From Acidimicrobiales bacterium (GTDB lineage Bacteria; Actinomycetota; Acidimicrobiia; Acidimicrobiales; CADCSY01): a DNA stretch of 64,000 bases. Below, in pieces: positions 1 through 8,867 of the stretch (within the stretch, counting starts at the first letter, position 1; the number at the start of each line of letters is the position of its first letter). The stretch lies in assembly GCA_035540955.1 (NCBI GenBank), contig DATLFP010000066.1:3055-67054 (forward strand), written 5' to 3'. A program made the position numbers and the translations under genes. The notes under the pieces were generated by a model. The model was not told the DNA's origin. It searched no databases and saw nothing but the letters and a program-made list of their open reading frames with translations.

Positions 1-278
1 CAGCGCACATACCCCGATCCCCGCCAGCCGTTGGCCCGCAGGGCGTCGAGGCCGCGGTGGTAGCCGACGCGGTAGCACGCGTACCGCTCGATGTCGTCGC
101 GGCCGAGATCACCGAGGGCGGCCCACGCGAGCAGCGAGCGGGGATGGGTGGCGGCGACGGCAGCCACGGCGGCGCGGTCGGTGCCGGCGGCCGCGAGGGC
201 GGCGACGACGTCGGCCGGCTCCGCCGGCAGCACCGTCTCGGGAAGCCCCCGGCTGAGGTTCACGGGTGACCCGGTCAT
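1..278 (-). CDS. DUF3151-like protein, partial (start at 278, 3' end beyond the window edge)
   Basis: Not in the ORF track because it runs off the window. My minus-strand translation from ATG 276-278 is MTGSPVNLSRGLPETVLPAEPADVV...DDIERYACYRVGYHRGLDALRANGWRGSGYVR. The YxRVGYHRGLDALRxNGW block matches my memory of the actinobacterial DUF3151 family. Confidence 0.55.
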   Translation of the reverse strand, partial: MTGSPVNLSRGLPETVLPAEPADVVAALAAAGTDRAAVAAVAATHPRSLLAWAALGDLGRDDIERYACYRVGYHRGLDALRANGWRGSGYVR

Positions 279-316
279 CCATCACACGGTACGGGCGTCG
301 CCGTAGGGTCGCGGCC

Positions 317-607
317 GTGGAGCTACCTGAGGGGATCGAGCCCGACCAGGTGAAGGTGGCGGCCATCGTGGCGATCGCCGTCGTGGTCCTCGGCGCGTTC
401 CTCGTGCTCCGCTTCATCCAGAAGCTCATCCTGAAGCTGGTGATCGTGCTCGCGCTCGTCGGCGCCGGCGTGTTCCTCTACGCCCAGCGCGACTCCCTCG
501 ACGACTGTCAGCAGCGGGTGCGCGCGAGCCTGGGGCGAGATTGCGTGTGCGGCTTCGCCGGCTTCGACGTGACCGTCCCCGGCTGCACCGCCGTCAGCCG
601 CCCGTAG
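317..607 (+). CDS. small membrane protein (2 predicted TM helices, Cys-rich tail)
   Basis: ORF 266..607. In-frame GTG at 317 gives VELPEGIEPDQVKVAAIVAIAVVVLGAFLVLRFIQKLILKLVIVLALVGAGVFLYAQ.... It has two hydrophobic helices and normal codon bias. Its stop lies 4 nt before the next gene. Confidence 0.5.
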   Translation: MELPEGIEPDQVKVAAIVAIAVVVLGAFLVLRFIQKLILKLVIVLALVGAGVFLYAQRDSLDDCQQRVRASLGRDCVCGFAGFDVTVPGCTAVSRP

Positions 608-610
608 CCC

Positions 611-1204
611 ATGGAGCTCCTGATCATCAGGCACGGCCTGCCCGTTCGGATCGACGACGCCGGGGGGCCGGCCGATCCCGAGCTCTCCGACGAGGGCCAC
701 GCCCAGGCCCGGCGGCTGGCCGACTGGTTGCGGCACGACCGCATCGACGCGGTGTTCACGAGCCCGATGCGCCGCGCCCGCCAGACGGCGGCACCGTTGG
801 CCGAGGTCCTCGGGGTCGAGCCCATCGTCGACGACGAGCTTGCCGAGTTCGATCGCGGCCAGCACTTCTACGTGCCGCTCGAGGAGCTCAAGGCCGCCCG
901 GGATCCCCGCTACGAGCAGCTCATGCGGGGTGAGCAGATGGACGAGGTCGATCCCTACACGTTCCGGGAGGTCGTGACGGTCGCCGTCGAGCGAGTCATC
1001 GAGGCGCACGCCGGCGGCACCGTCGCGATCGTGTGCCACGGCGGGGTGATCAACGCCTACGCCAGCCACGTGCTCGGCCTCGACTTCCCGCTGTTCTTCC
1101 AGCCGACCTACACGAGCATCAGCCGGTTCCTGTGCTCGAGCGCCGGCCACCGTTCGGTGGCGAGCCTGAACGAAGCCGGGCACCTGCTCGGCACCCGTCA
1201 CTGA
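611..1204 (+). CDS. histidine phosphatase family protein (phosphoglycerate-mutase-like)
   Basis: N-terminal LLIIRHG motif (the catalytic RHG), followed by SPMRRARQTA and CHGGVI blocks typical of the family. 197 aa. Confidence 0.85.
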   Translation: MELLIIRHGLPVRIDDAGGPADPELSDEGHAQARRLADWLRHDRIDAVFTSPMRRARQTAAPLAEVLGVEPIVDDELAEFDRGQHFYVPLEELKAARDPRYEQLMRGEQMDEVDPYTFREVVTVAVERVIEAHAGGTVAIVCHGGVINAYASHVLGLDFPLFFQPTYTSISRFLCSSAGHRSVASLNEAGHLLGTRH

Positions 1205-1297
1205 GCCCCGTCTACGACCCTTGTGCGCGCAAGCTCGGCTTTGAGCCCGCCCCGAGTGAGCGCGCACAACGAGTGAGCGCGGATGGCCTGAGGAGCC

Positions 1298-2494
1298 TCA
1301 GCTGCGGGGCACCTTCGTCCACGGGAGCTCCTTGTCGACCCGGATGTCGCCGGGCAGACCGAGCACGCGCTCGCCGAGGATGTTGCGCATCACCTCGGAG
1401 GTGCCGCCCTCGATGGAGTTGGCGCGGGAGCGGATGAAGGCCTTCTGCAGGGAGTCCGAGCCCATCGCGGTCTCGGGCCGGCGCATCTCGTAGCTGCCGT
1501 AGAGCATGCCGTCGGCGCCCATGAGCTCGACGACGTACTCGTAGATCCGCTTGTTCGTCTCGGCGAAGGCGAGCTTGCCCACCGACCCTTCGGGACCGGG
1601 CGTGCCGACCTTGCGTGCGGTGCTGGCGCGGATGTTGGTGAGCCGGTTCACCTCGGCCTCGATCCAGAGCCGCATCAGCTTGTCCTTGCGGGCGATGTCA
1701 CTGAGGCCGCGCTGCTTCCAGATCTTGACGGCTTCGGCGATGGGACCCGAACCCCGCGGCGCGATCGAGCCGCCGATCGACACCCGCTCGTTCATCAGCG
1801 TGGTCAGCGCCACCCGCCAGCCGTCGCCCACGTCGCCGAGCCGCTCCGAGTCGGGAATGCGGACGTCGGTGAAGTACACCTCGTTGAACTCGGCCTCACC
1901 CGTGGCCTGGCGCAGCGGCCGGACCTCGACACCGGGGGCGTGCATGTCGACCACGAAGTGCGTGAGCCCCTTGTGCTTGGGCTGGTCGGGATCGGTCCGC
2001 ACGACCAGGGTGCCGAAGCGCGAGAGGTGGGCAAGGGTGGTCCACACCTTCTGGCCGTTGACGATCCACTCGTCGCCGTCGCGCACCGCCTTGGACGACA
2101 ACCCGGCGACGTCGGAACCGGCACCGGGCTCGGAGAAGAGCTGGCACCAGATCTCCTCGCCCGTGAACAGCGGTCGCAGGTAGCGCTGCTTCTGCTCCTC
2201 GGAGCCGTGGGCGACGATGGTCGGCGCCGACATCCCGTGTCCGATCGGGTTGCGGTAGTACGCCACCGGAGCACCGGCGGCGGCCAGCCGCTCGTTGATC
2301 AGCTTCTGGAGCTTCGGCGACAGGCCGAGACCCCCGTTGCCCTCCGGGAAGTGGACCCATGCCAATCCGGCGTCGAACTGCGCCCCGAGGAAGGCCTGCG
2401 CATCGGTCGTCTTCGGGTCGTGGGCGTCGAGCAGCTCGTCGATCTTCTGCGTGACGAGCGCTTCGTCGGTCATGGCGGCTTCGGCCAGCGCCAT
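1298..2494 (-). CDS. acyl-CoA dehydrogenase
   Basis: In ORF 1298..2914 only the part from the ATG at 2494 (MALAEAAMTDEALVTQKIDELL...) looks like protein. ACAD blocks present: WCQLFSEPGAGSD, KVWTTLAH, ANSIEGGTSEVMRNILGERVLGLP. The upstream 140 codons are Arg/Gly/Pro junk. Confidence 0.9.
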   Translation of the reverse strand: MALAEAAMTDEALVTQKIDELLDAHDPKTTDAQAFLGAQFDAGLAWVHFPEGNGGLGLSPKLQKLINERLAAAGAPVAYYRNPIGHGMSAPTIVAHGSEEQKQRYLRPLFTGEEIWCQLFSEPGAGSDVAGLSSKAVRDGDEWIVNGQKVWTTLAHLSRFGTLVVRTDPDQPKHKGLTHFVVDMHAPGVEVRPLRQATGEAEFNEVYFTDVRIPDSERLGDVGDGWRVALTTLMNERVSIGGSIAPRGSGPIAEAVKIWKQRGLSDIARKDKLMRLWIEAEVNRLTNIRASTARKVGTPGPEGSVGKLAFAETNKRIYEYVVELMGADGMLYGSYEMRRPETAMGSDSLQKAFIRSRANSIEGGTSEVMRNILGERVLGLPGDIRVDKELPWTKVPRS

Positions 2495-2571
2495 CGCGGT
2501 CTCCCCCTGCGATTCGTGTTCGGACGGTGCGACGAGCGTACTTGACCGAGCGGTCAAGTGCCCCGCCGGCC

Positions 2572-3372
2572 TCAGTTGAGCCGGGCCCGGAAACGCTCGG
2601 CGGCGGCCGCCGCCGCCACCGACCCGGATCCGCCCGCCGCCGCGTACCGGTCGAGGACCTCGGCCGCCTCCCGGAACCGGCCGCCGGCGGCCAGCGCCGT
2701 GGCGTGACGCTGGTGGTCGGCGAGGACGGCGCCGGGCATCGCCGCCCGCAGGGAGACCGCCCGCAGGAGCAGTTCCCGGTCGGAGCGGATGCCGGCCACC
2801 GACTCCAGGTTGGCGAGCATCCGCACGAGGATCGCCCGCTTCCCCACGGGCTCGAGGAAGGCGTCGTCGAAGACGGCGCCCGGCCCGTGCACGGCATGGA
2901 ACCGAGCCGCGCACCCACCGCGATCGAGCACCTGCCCGCGCGCGAAGGGATCGATGTACACCCCGGGGTCGACCTTGTCGCGCACGAGGAAGTGACCCGG
3001 CATCGACACGCCGGCCAGGGGGATGCCGACCCGGCGGCCGACCTCGAGCATCAGGACGGCGAGGGTGATCGGGATCCCGACCCGGCGCTCGATCACCTCG
3101 TCGAGCCAGGAGTTGGCGGGGTCGTGGTAGTCCTCGGCGTTCCCGGCGAAGCCGAGGTCGCGGAACAGGAGCGCTCGCAGACCGTCGAGCGTCGGTGCCG
3201 GCACCTCGGCGGCGAGCGCGTCGAGTGCCGCCAACCCCGCCTCCACCTCGCCGGTGCCCCGAGTCGCCGCCGCCAGGACGAGCGCGGCTTCGTCGAGCGG
3301 GATGGCCAGCTCGGGCCCTCCCGCGAGCGCCGCGAACCGCTCGACTGCCTCCACCCGCTGCACGGTACCCAC
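2572..3372 (-). CDS. transglutaminase-like / SirB1-family protein with C-terminal TPR-like region
   Basis: DYHDPANSWLDEVIERRVGIPITLAVLMLEVGRRVGIPLAGVSMPGHFLVR is the characteristic SirB1/UPF0162 transglutaminase-like core. GTG start at 3372; an alternative GTG is at 3353. Confidence 0.7.
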   Translation of the reverse strand: MGTVQRVEAVERFAALAGGPELAIPLDEAALVLAAATRGTGEVEAGLAALDALAAEVPAPTLDGLRALLFRDLGFAGNAEDYHDPANSWLDEVIERRVGIPITLAVLMLEVGRRVGIPLAGVSMPGHFLVRDKVDPGVYIDPFARGQVLDRGGCAARFHAVHGPGAVFDDAFLEPVGKRAILVRMLANLESVAGIRSDRELLLRAVSLRAAMPGAVLADHQRHATALAAGGRFREAAEVLDRYAAAGGSGSVAAAAAAERFRARLN

Positions 3373-3395
3373 GTCGGCGACTGGGAGGTCAGCCC

Positions 3396-4967
3396 ATGGT
3401 TGTCGGTACGGTTCGGGCCATGTACCCCGGCGTCCACGCGCAGACCACCCCGGACAAGCCCGCCTACATCATGGCGGGCACCGGTGAGGCCGTGACCTAT
3501 CGCGAGCTCGACGAGCGCTCCAACCGCCTCGCCCACCTCCTCCGGGAGGCCGGCCTGCAGCGCGGTGACTCGATCGCCCTCATGCTCGAGAACCATCCTC
3601 GCTACTTCGAGATCCTGTGGGCCGCGCAGCGGGCTGGCCTCTACTACACGGCGATCTCGTCGCGCCTGACCCCGGGCGAGACGTCCTACATCATCAACGA
3701 CTGCGGGGCGAAGGTCTTCATCACCTCCGCCTACAAGCGGGACGTCGCCGAGATGGTCGCCGTCGACACACCCGAGGTCACGGTCCGCTTGATGCTCGAT
3801 GGCACGACCACCGGCCACGACTCCTACGAGGACGCCGTCGCCAAGTACCCCGCCACGCCGATCGCCGACGAGTCAGAGGGCACCGACATGCTCTACAGCT
3901 CGGGCACGACGGGCCGGCCGAAGGGCGTACGGGTACCGCTTCCCGAAGGCGCGATGGGCCAGCCCAGCGGCGTCACGCTCGTCGGCCAGATGCTCTACGG
4001 CTTCAACGACAGCATGGTGTACCTGTCGCCGGCGCCGCTGTACCACGCCGCGCCCCTTCGCTTCACGATGGCGGTGCACCGCGTCGGCGGCACCGCGATC
4101 GTGATGGAGCACTTCGACCCCGTCGAGTTCCTCCGCCTCATCGAGACGCACAAGGTCACGCACACCCAGGTGGTGCCGACGATGTTCGTGCGCATGCTCA
4201 AGCTGCCCGAGGCCCAGCGCACGCAGTTCGACGTCTCGAGCCTGCAGATCGCCATCCACGCCGCCGCGCCCTGCCCGATCCCGGTCAAGGAGCAGATGAT
4301 CGCCTGGTGGGGACCGGTGATCATGGAGTACTACGCCGGCACCGAGGGGAACGGGTTCTGCGCCATCACCTCCGAGGAGTGGCTGCAGCACAAGGGGTCG
4401 GTGGGCAAACCGCTGATGGGCGTGGTCCACATCGTCGGCGAGGACGGCGAGGAGGTCGCCACCCGCGAAGAGGGCACCATCTACTTCGAGAGCGGCTCGA
4501 CCTTCGAGTACCACAACGACCCCGAGAAGACGGCCCAGTCGCGCGACCCGAAGGGAAGGGGCTGGAGCACGCTCGGCGACGTGGGCTACGTCGACGAGGA
4601 CGGCTACCTCTACCTCACCGATCGCAAGGCGTACATGATCATCTCCGGAGGGGTGAACATCTATCCGCAGGAGGCCGAGAACCTCCTCACCACCCACCCG
4701 AAGGTGCTCGACGTGGCCGTCATCGGCGTGCCCAACGAGGACTTCGGCGAGGAGGTGAAGGCGGTCGTGCAGCTCGTCGACGGCGTGGAGCCCAGCCCCG
4801 ACCTCGAGCGGGAGCTGATCCAGTTCTGCCGCGACGAGCTGGCCGACGTGAAGTGTCCCCGCTCTGTCGACTTCACCGATGAGCTCCCCCGCCACCCGAC
4901 CGGGAAGCTCTACAAGCGGCTCCTCCGGGACAAGTACTGGGAAGGGCATCAATCACGGCTCGTGTAG
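3396..4967 (+). CDS. acyl-CoA synthetase (AMP-forming, FadD-like)
   Basis: AMP-binding motifs LYSSGTTGRPKG, YYAGTEG, GDVGYVDEDGYLYLTDRK and HPTGKLYKR. ATG 3396 is preceded by GGGAGG at 3383-3388. An alternative ATG at 3420 would give MYPGVH.... Confidence 0.9.
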   Translation: MVVGTVRAMYPGVHAQTTPDKPAYIMAGTGEAVTYRELDERSNRLAHLLREAGLQRGDSIALMLENHPRYFEILWAAQRAGLYYTAISSRLTPGETSYIINDCGAKVFITSAYKRDVAEMVAVDTPEVTVRLMLDGTTTGHDSYEDAVAKYPATPIADESEGTDMLYSSGTTGRPKGVRVPLPEGAMGQPSGVTLVGQMLYGFNDSMVYLSPAPLYHAAPLRFTMAVHRVGGTAIVMEHFDPVEFLRLIETHKVTHTQVVPTMFVRMLKLPEAQRTQFDVSSLQIAIHAAAPCPIPVKEQMIAWWGPVIMEYYAGTEGNGFCAITSEEWLQHKGSVGKPLMGVVHIVGEDGEEVATREEGTIYFESGSTFEYHNDPEKTAQSRDPKGRGWSTLGDVGYVDEDGYLYLTDRKAYMIISGGVNIYPQEAENLLTTHPKVLDVAVIGVPNEDFGEEVKAVVQLVDGVEPSPDLERELIQFCRDELADVKCPRSVDFTDELPRHPTGKLYKRLLRDKYWEGHQSRLV

Positions 4968-4983
4968 GGGCATACTTCGTTCC

Positions 4984-5289
4984 GTGACGGCGGACGTCCA
5001 GGTTCACCACGACGGCCCGCGGGCCATCGTCGCCGTGCGAGGTGAGATCGACATCGCCACCTCGCCGGCGCTCGACGATGCCGTGGCCGGCATCACCTCC
5101 GGCGACATCGTGATCGACCTCGCCGGGGTGACGTTCATGGGCTCGAGCGGCCTCGCCTCGCTCCTGCGGGCGGCGCGGCGGGCCGAGGAGATCGGGGGCG
5201 CCCTGTCGCTCCGGGCGCCGAGCAAGGCGGTGTGCGACCTCCTGACCATGACCCACCTGGTGGAGCGGTTCACCATCGTCGTCGACTAG
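4984..5289 (+). CDS. STAS-domain anti-sigma-factor antagonist
   Basis: VRGEIDIATSPALDDAV...IDLAGVTFMGSSGLASLL is the SpoIIAA/RsbV-like STAS signature, including the phosphorylatable Ser in GSSGL. In-frame GTG at 4984. Confidence 0.8.
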   Translation: MTADVQVHHDGPRAIVAVRGEIDIATSPALDDAVAGITSGDIVIDLAGVTFMGSSGLASLLRAARRAEEIGGALSLRAPSKAVCDLLTMTHLVERFTIVVD

Positions 5290-5303
5290 GTACCGTCGGC
5301 GGC

Positions 5304-6059
5304 GTGCCCGCCTCGGAGTGGACCTTCCTCGACCATCCCGGCGTGCTGGCCTTCTCCCACCGGGGCGGCGCCGGCGACTGGCCGGAGAACACGATGCGGG
5401 CGTTCGAGCAGGCGGTCGAGCTCGGCTACCGCTACGTCGAGACCGACGTGCACCTCACCGCCGACGGCGAGCTCCTCGCGTTCCACGACGACGTGCTCGA
5501 CCGCGTCACCGACCGCCACGGGGTGATCGCCGACCTGCCGTGGACGGTCGTGCAGGAAGCGCGAGTGGGCGGGACCGAACCCATCCCCCGGCTCGAGGAG
5601 CTGCTCGTCACCTGGCCCGATCTCCGGGTCAACATCGACCCGAAGCACGATGCGTCCGTCGCCCCCCTGGCCGCGGTGATCCGCCGCACCGGCGCCACCG
5701 ACCGCGTCTGCGTCGGCTCCTTCAGCGACGAGCGGCTGGAGCGGATCCGCGAGCTGCTCCCCGGCGTGTGCACCTCCCTGGGTCCGCTCGGGATCCTGCA
5801 CCTCGGCCAGGCCGCGCAGGGTGAGGCGGTGGGCCCCCTGCCGGCGCCCTGCGCCCAGGTCCCCACGCACTTCGGCGACATCGAGGTGGTCACGCCGGCG
5901 TTCGTCGACGAAGCCCACCGACGGGGGATGCAGGTCCACGTGTGGACCATCGACGAGCCCGAGGAGATGGCTCGCCTCGTGGATCTCGGCGTCGACGGGA
6001 TCATGACGGACCGGAACGCGGTGCTGAAGGACGTGCTCGTGGCCCGCGGGCGCTGGTAG
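5304..6059 (+). CDS. glycerophosphodiester phosphodiesterase family protein
   Basis: FSHRGGAGDWPENTMRAFEQAVELGYRYVETDVHLTADGELLAFHDDVLDRVTD is the GDPD catalytic HR...E.D.H block; C-terminal VHVWTIDEPEEM...GVDGIMTD. GTG at 5304. Confidence 0.85.
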   Translation: MPASEWTFLDHPGVLAFSHRGGAGDWPENTMRAFEQAVELGYRYVETDVHLTADGELLAFHDDVLDRVTDRHGVIADLPWTVVQEARVGGTEPIPRLEELLVTWPDLRVNIDPKHDASVAPLAAVIRRTGATDRVCVGSFSDERLERIRELLPGVCTSLGPLGILHLGQAAQGEAVGPLPAPCAQVPTHFGDIEVVTPAFVDEAHRRGMQVHVWTIDEPEEMARLVDLGVDGIMTDRNAVLKDVLVARGRW

Positions 6060-6064
6060 CCGCG

Positions 6065-7564
6065 GTGGAGCTCCCGCTCACCCCTCTCGACCTGCTTGCC
6101 CGGGCCCGCCGCCTGTTCCCCGAGCGAGTCGGCGTGATCGACGGGGATCAGGAGTGGACCTACGCCGAGTACGGGGCCCGCTGCGACCGGCTCGCCCACG
6201 CCATCCGCAGCCTCGGTGTGGCGCCCGGTGACCGGGTGGCGTGGCTGTGCGGCAACACCCACGAGCTGCTGGAGGCCTACTACGGCGTGCTGCTGGCGGG
6301 TGCCGTGCTGCTGCCCCTCAACATCCGGCTCGCGGCGCCCGAGCTTCGCTTCTGCATCGACGACGCCGGGGCCGCGCTCCTGTTCTGCCACCCCGACCAG
6401 CTCGATCTGGGTGACGCCGGGATCCCGGTGGTGACCCTGGGCGACGAGCACGAGGCGCTGCTCGCCGCGCAACCACCGGAGGTGTTCGTCCCGCCCCCGA
6501 TCGAGGAGTCCTCACCGGCGGAGCTCTTCTACACGAGCGGCACCACGGGCGACCCCAAGGGCGTCGTCCTCACCCATCGCAACCTCTACCTCCACGCGAT
6601 CCACTCTGCCCTCACGAACGCGCTCACCGGCGAGGACGTGATCCTGCACACCATCCCGCTCTTCCACGTCAACGGTTGGGGCACCCCGCACTACGTGACC
6701 GGGCTCGGGGGCCAGCACGTCCTCCTCCCCCGCTTCGAGGCCGCCGAGGTGCTTCGTCTCGTCGAGACGCACCGCGTCACGCGGTTGTTCCTCGTGCCGA
6801 CCATGCTGCAGTCCCTGCTCACCCATCCAGCCTTCGACGCCACCGACCTGTCGAGCGTGCGGCAGATCTCCGTCGGTGGGGCGCCGGCTCCGCCGTCGCT
6901 GCTGGCCGAGGCCGAGGAGCGCTTCGGCTGCGAGGTCATCTGCGGCTACGGGATGACCGAGTCGGCGCCCACCCTCACGCGGTCGCTCGACAAGCCCGGG
7001 GAGCCGCGGTCGCGGGCACGGCGGGCGACGACCGGGCTCCCCATCCTCGGGGTCGACGCCCGGGTCCTCGACCGCGACGACGCCGAGGTGCCCTGGGACG
7101 GCGCCACGCCCGGCGAGATCTGCGCCCGGTCCAACCACGTCATGCAGGGCTACTGGAACCGGCCGGAGGAGACCGCGGCGGCGCTCCGGGGCGGGTGGCT
7201 GCGCACGGGCGACATCGCCGTCGTCGATCCCGACGGCTACCTGACGATCGTCGACCGCCGCAAGGACGTGATCGTCTCGGGCGGCGAGAACGTGTCGTCG
7301 GTCCAGGTCGAGAACGTCCTCGCCGAGCATCCCGCCGTGCTCGAGGTGGCGGTCGTCGGCATGCCGGACGAGCGCTGGGGCGAGGTGCCTCGGGCATGGG
7401 TCGCCCTCCGGCCCGGCGCCTCCGCCACCGAGGGGGAGCTCATCGCCTGGGTGCGCGCCCGCCTCGCCCACTTCAAGGCGCCGAAGGAGGTCGTGTTCCT
7501 CGACGAGCTCCCCAAGGGCGGCACCGGCAAGATCCTCAAGCACGACCTCCGCACCCGCCCGTAG
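6065..7564 (+). CDS. AMP-dependent synthetase/ligase (fatty-acid-CoA ligase-like)
   Basis: Motifs FYTSGTTGDPKGV, GYGMTE, LRTGDIAVVDPDGYLTIVDRRKDVIVSGGENV and PKGGTGKILK. GTG at 6065, 6 nt after the upstream stop. Confidence 0.85.
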   Translation: MELPLTPLDLLARARRLFPERVGVIDGDQEWTYAEYGARCDRLAHAIRSLGVAPGDRVAWLCGNTHELLEAYYGVLLAGAVLLPLNIRLAAPELRFCIDDAGAALLFCHPDQLDLGDAGIPVVTLGDEHEALLAAQPPEVFVPPPIEESSPAELFYTSGTTGDPKGVVLTHRNLYLHAIHSALTNALTGEDVILHTIPLFHVNGWGTPHYVTGLGGQHVLLPRFEAAEVLRLVETHRVTRLFLVPTMLQSLLTHPAFDATDLSSVRQISVGGAPAPPSLLAEAEERFGCEVICGYGMTESAPTLTRSLDKPGEPRSRARRATTGLPILGVDARVLDRDDAEVPWDGATPGEICARSNHVMQGYWNRPEETAAALRGGWLRTGDIAVVDPDGYLTIVDRRKDVIVSGGENVSSVQVENVLAEHPAVLEVAVVGMPDERWGEVPRAWVALRPGASATEGELIAWVRARLAHFKAPKEVVFLDELPKGGTGKILKHDLRTRP

Positions 7565-7582
7565 CGGACACGCTCCCCGAGC

Positions 7583-8860
7583 TCAGGGAAGGAGGACGTT
7601 CGGGTTCAGGATCGCCTGGGGATCGAGGGCGCGCTTCACCGCCCGGAAGGCGGCGATCTCCGCCTCCGACCGGTCGAGGTGCAGGAGCCGCTTCTTCGCC
7701 GTGCCGATGCCGTGCTCGGCGCTGATGCTCCCGCCCGACGCCACCACCAGGCGCAGGACGGCCTCGTCGACCGAGTCGTCCTCTTCCGCCGGTCCCACGA
7801 CGTTGACGTGGACGTTGCCGTCGCCCACGTGGCCGAAGAGGAACACGCGGTGGTCGCCGACCACCGTGCGGACCTCGTCGCAGAACGGGGCCAGCCGCGC
7901 CGCCGGCAGCGTGACGTCGAGCTTGTGCGGGACGCCGAGCGCGCTGATCGCCTCGGTGATCGACTCCCGGTAGCGCCAGAGCTCCCTTCGCCGGGTCTCG
8001 TCCGTGGCCACGGCGGCGTCGCCGGCGTCGACGGCGCCGAGCGCGTCGGGCGCGCCCGACCACTCGAGGAGCAGGTAGCACGCCGCGTCCGGCACCGGCG
8101 CCGGCAGGTCGAGCCACAGCTCGGCCGCCTCGAGGACGACGTGACGGCGCATGATCGCCACCGCCTCGACGGCGGCTGCCACCGACCCCCGCCCGAGCAC
8201 CGCCGTGACGAGGTCGCGGGGCCGAGGCACGAGCCGGAGCCGAGCGGCGGTCACCACGCCGAGCGTGCCCTCCGAGCCGCACAGGAGGGCCGACAGGTCA
8301 TAGCCCGTGTTGTCCTTCGTGAGCCCCGAGAGGCGGCGCACCACCGACCCGTCGGCGAGGACGGCTTCGACGCCGACGACGTTGGCCCGCATCGAGCCGT
8401 AGCGGATGTGGTGCAGGCCGCCGGCGTTGGTGGCGATCATCCCGCCGACGGTCGCCGAGTCGCGCGACGACAGGTCGACGGGGAACAGGAGATCGGCGGC
8501 CCTCGCCGCGTCCTGCACCGCCGCGAGCGTGGCGCCGGCGCCGGCCGTGACCTGCGCGGCGAGATCGTCGACCGCCTCGATCCCCGCGAGGCGCCGTAGC
8601 GAGAGCACGATCTCCCCGGCGAGCGGGACCCCACCCCCCACCAGCCCGGTGTTCCCGCCCTGGGGGACGACGGCGGCGCCCGCCTCGGCGCAGCACCGCA
8701 CGACCGCCGCCACCTCCTCGGTCGATGCCGGCCGGACCACCGCCGGCGTCCGCCCGCGGAAGCGCCCGGTCCAGTCGACCTCGTAGCCGGCCCGCAGGTC
8801 GGCGTCGACGAGGACGTTGTGCTCGCCGACGATCGACCGGAGCGCGTCGAGGTCGATCAC
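7583..8860 (-). CDS. FAD-linked oxidase (GlcD / D-lactate dehydrogenase-like)
   Basis: N-terminal FAD_binding_4-type block PAVVRPASTEEVAAVVRCCAEAGAAVVPQGGNTGLVGGGVP and C-terminal SAEHGIGTAKK. 425 aa. Confidence 0.85.
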   Translation of the reverse strand: MIDLDALRSIVGEHNVLVDADLRAGYEVDWTGRFRGRTPAVVRPASTEEVAAVVRCCAEAGAAVVPQGGNTGLVGGGVPLAGEIVLSLRRLAGIEAVDDLAAQVTAGAGATLAAVQDAARAADLLFPVDLSSRDSATVGGMIATNAGGLHHIRYGSMRANVVGVEAVLADGSVVRRLSGLTKDNTGYDLSALLCGSEGTLGVVTAARLRLVPRPRDLVTAVLGRGSVAAAVEAVAIMRRHVVLEAAELWLDLPAPVPDAACYLLLEWSGAPDALGAVDAGDAAVATDETRRRELWRYRESITEAISALGVPHKLDVTLPAARLAPFCDEVRTVVGDHRVFLFGHVGDGNVHVNVVGPAEEDDSVDEAVLRLVVASGGSISAEHGIGTAKKRLLHLDRSEAEIAAFRAVKRALDPQAILNPNVLLP

Positions 8861-8867
8861 GACGCGG

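Noticed and set aside
1205-1297. Inverted repeat GTGCGCGC...GCGCGCAC and duplicated GAGTGAGCGCG between the phosphatase and ACAD genes, as a possible regulatory RNA
   Set aside because: It has a short stem with a loop of about 27 nt in a 93-nt convergent spacer. It is most simply a weak bidirectional terminator, and nothing supports an ncRNA call.
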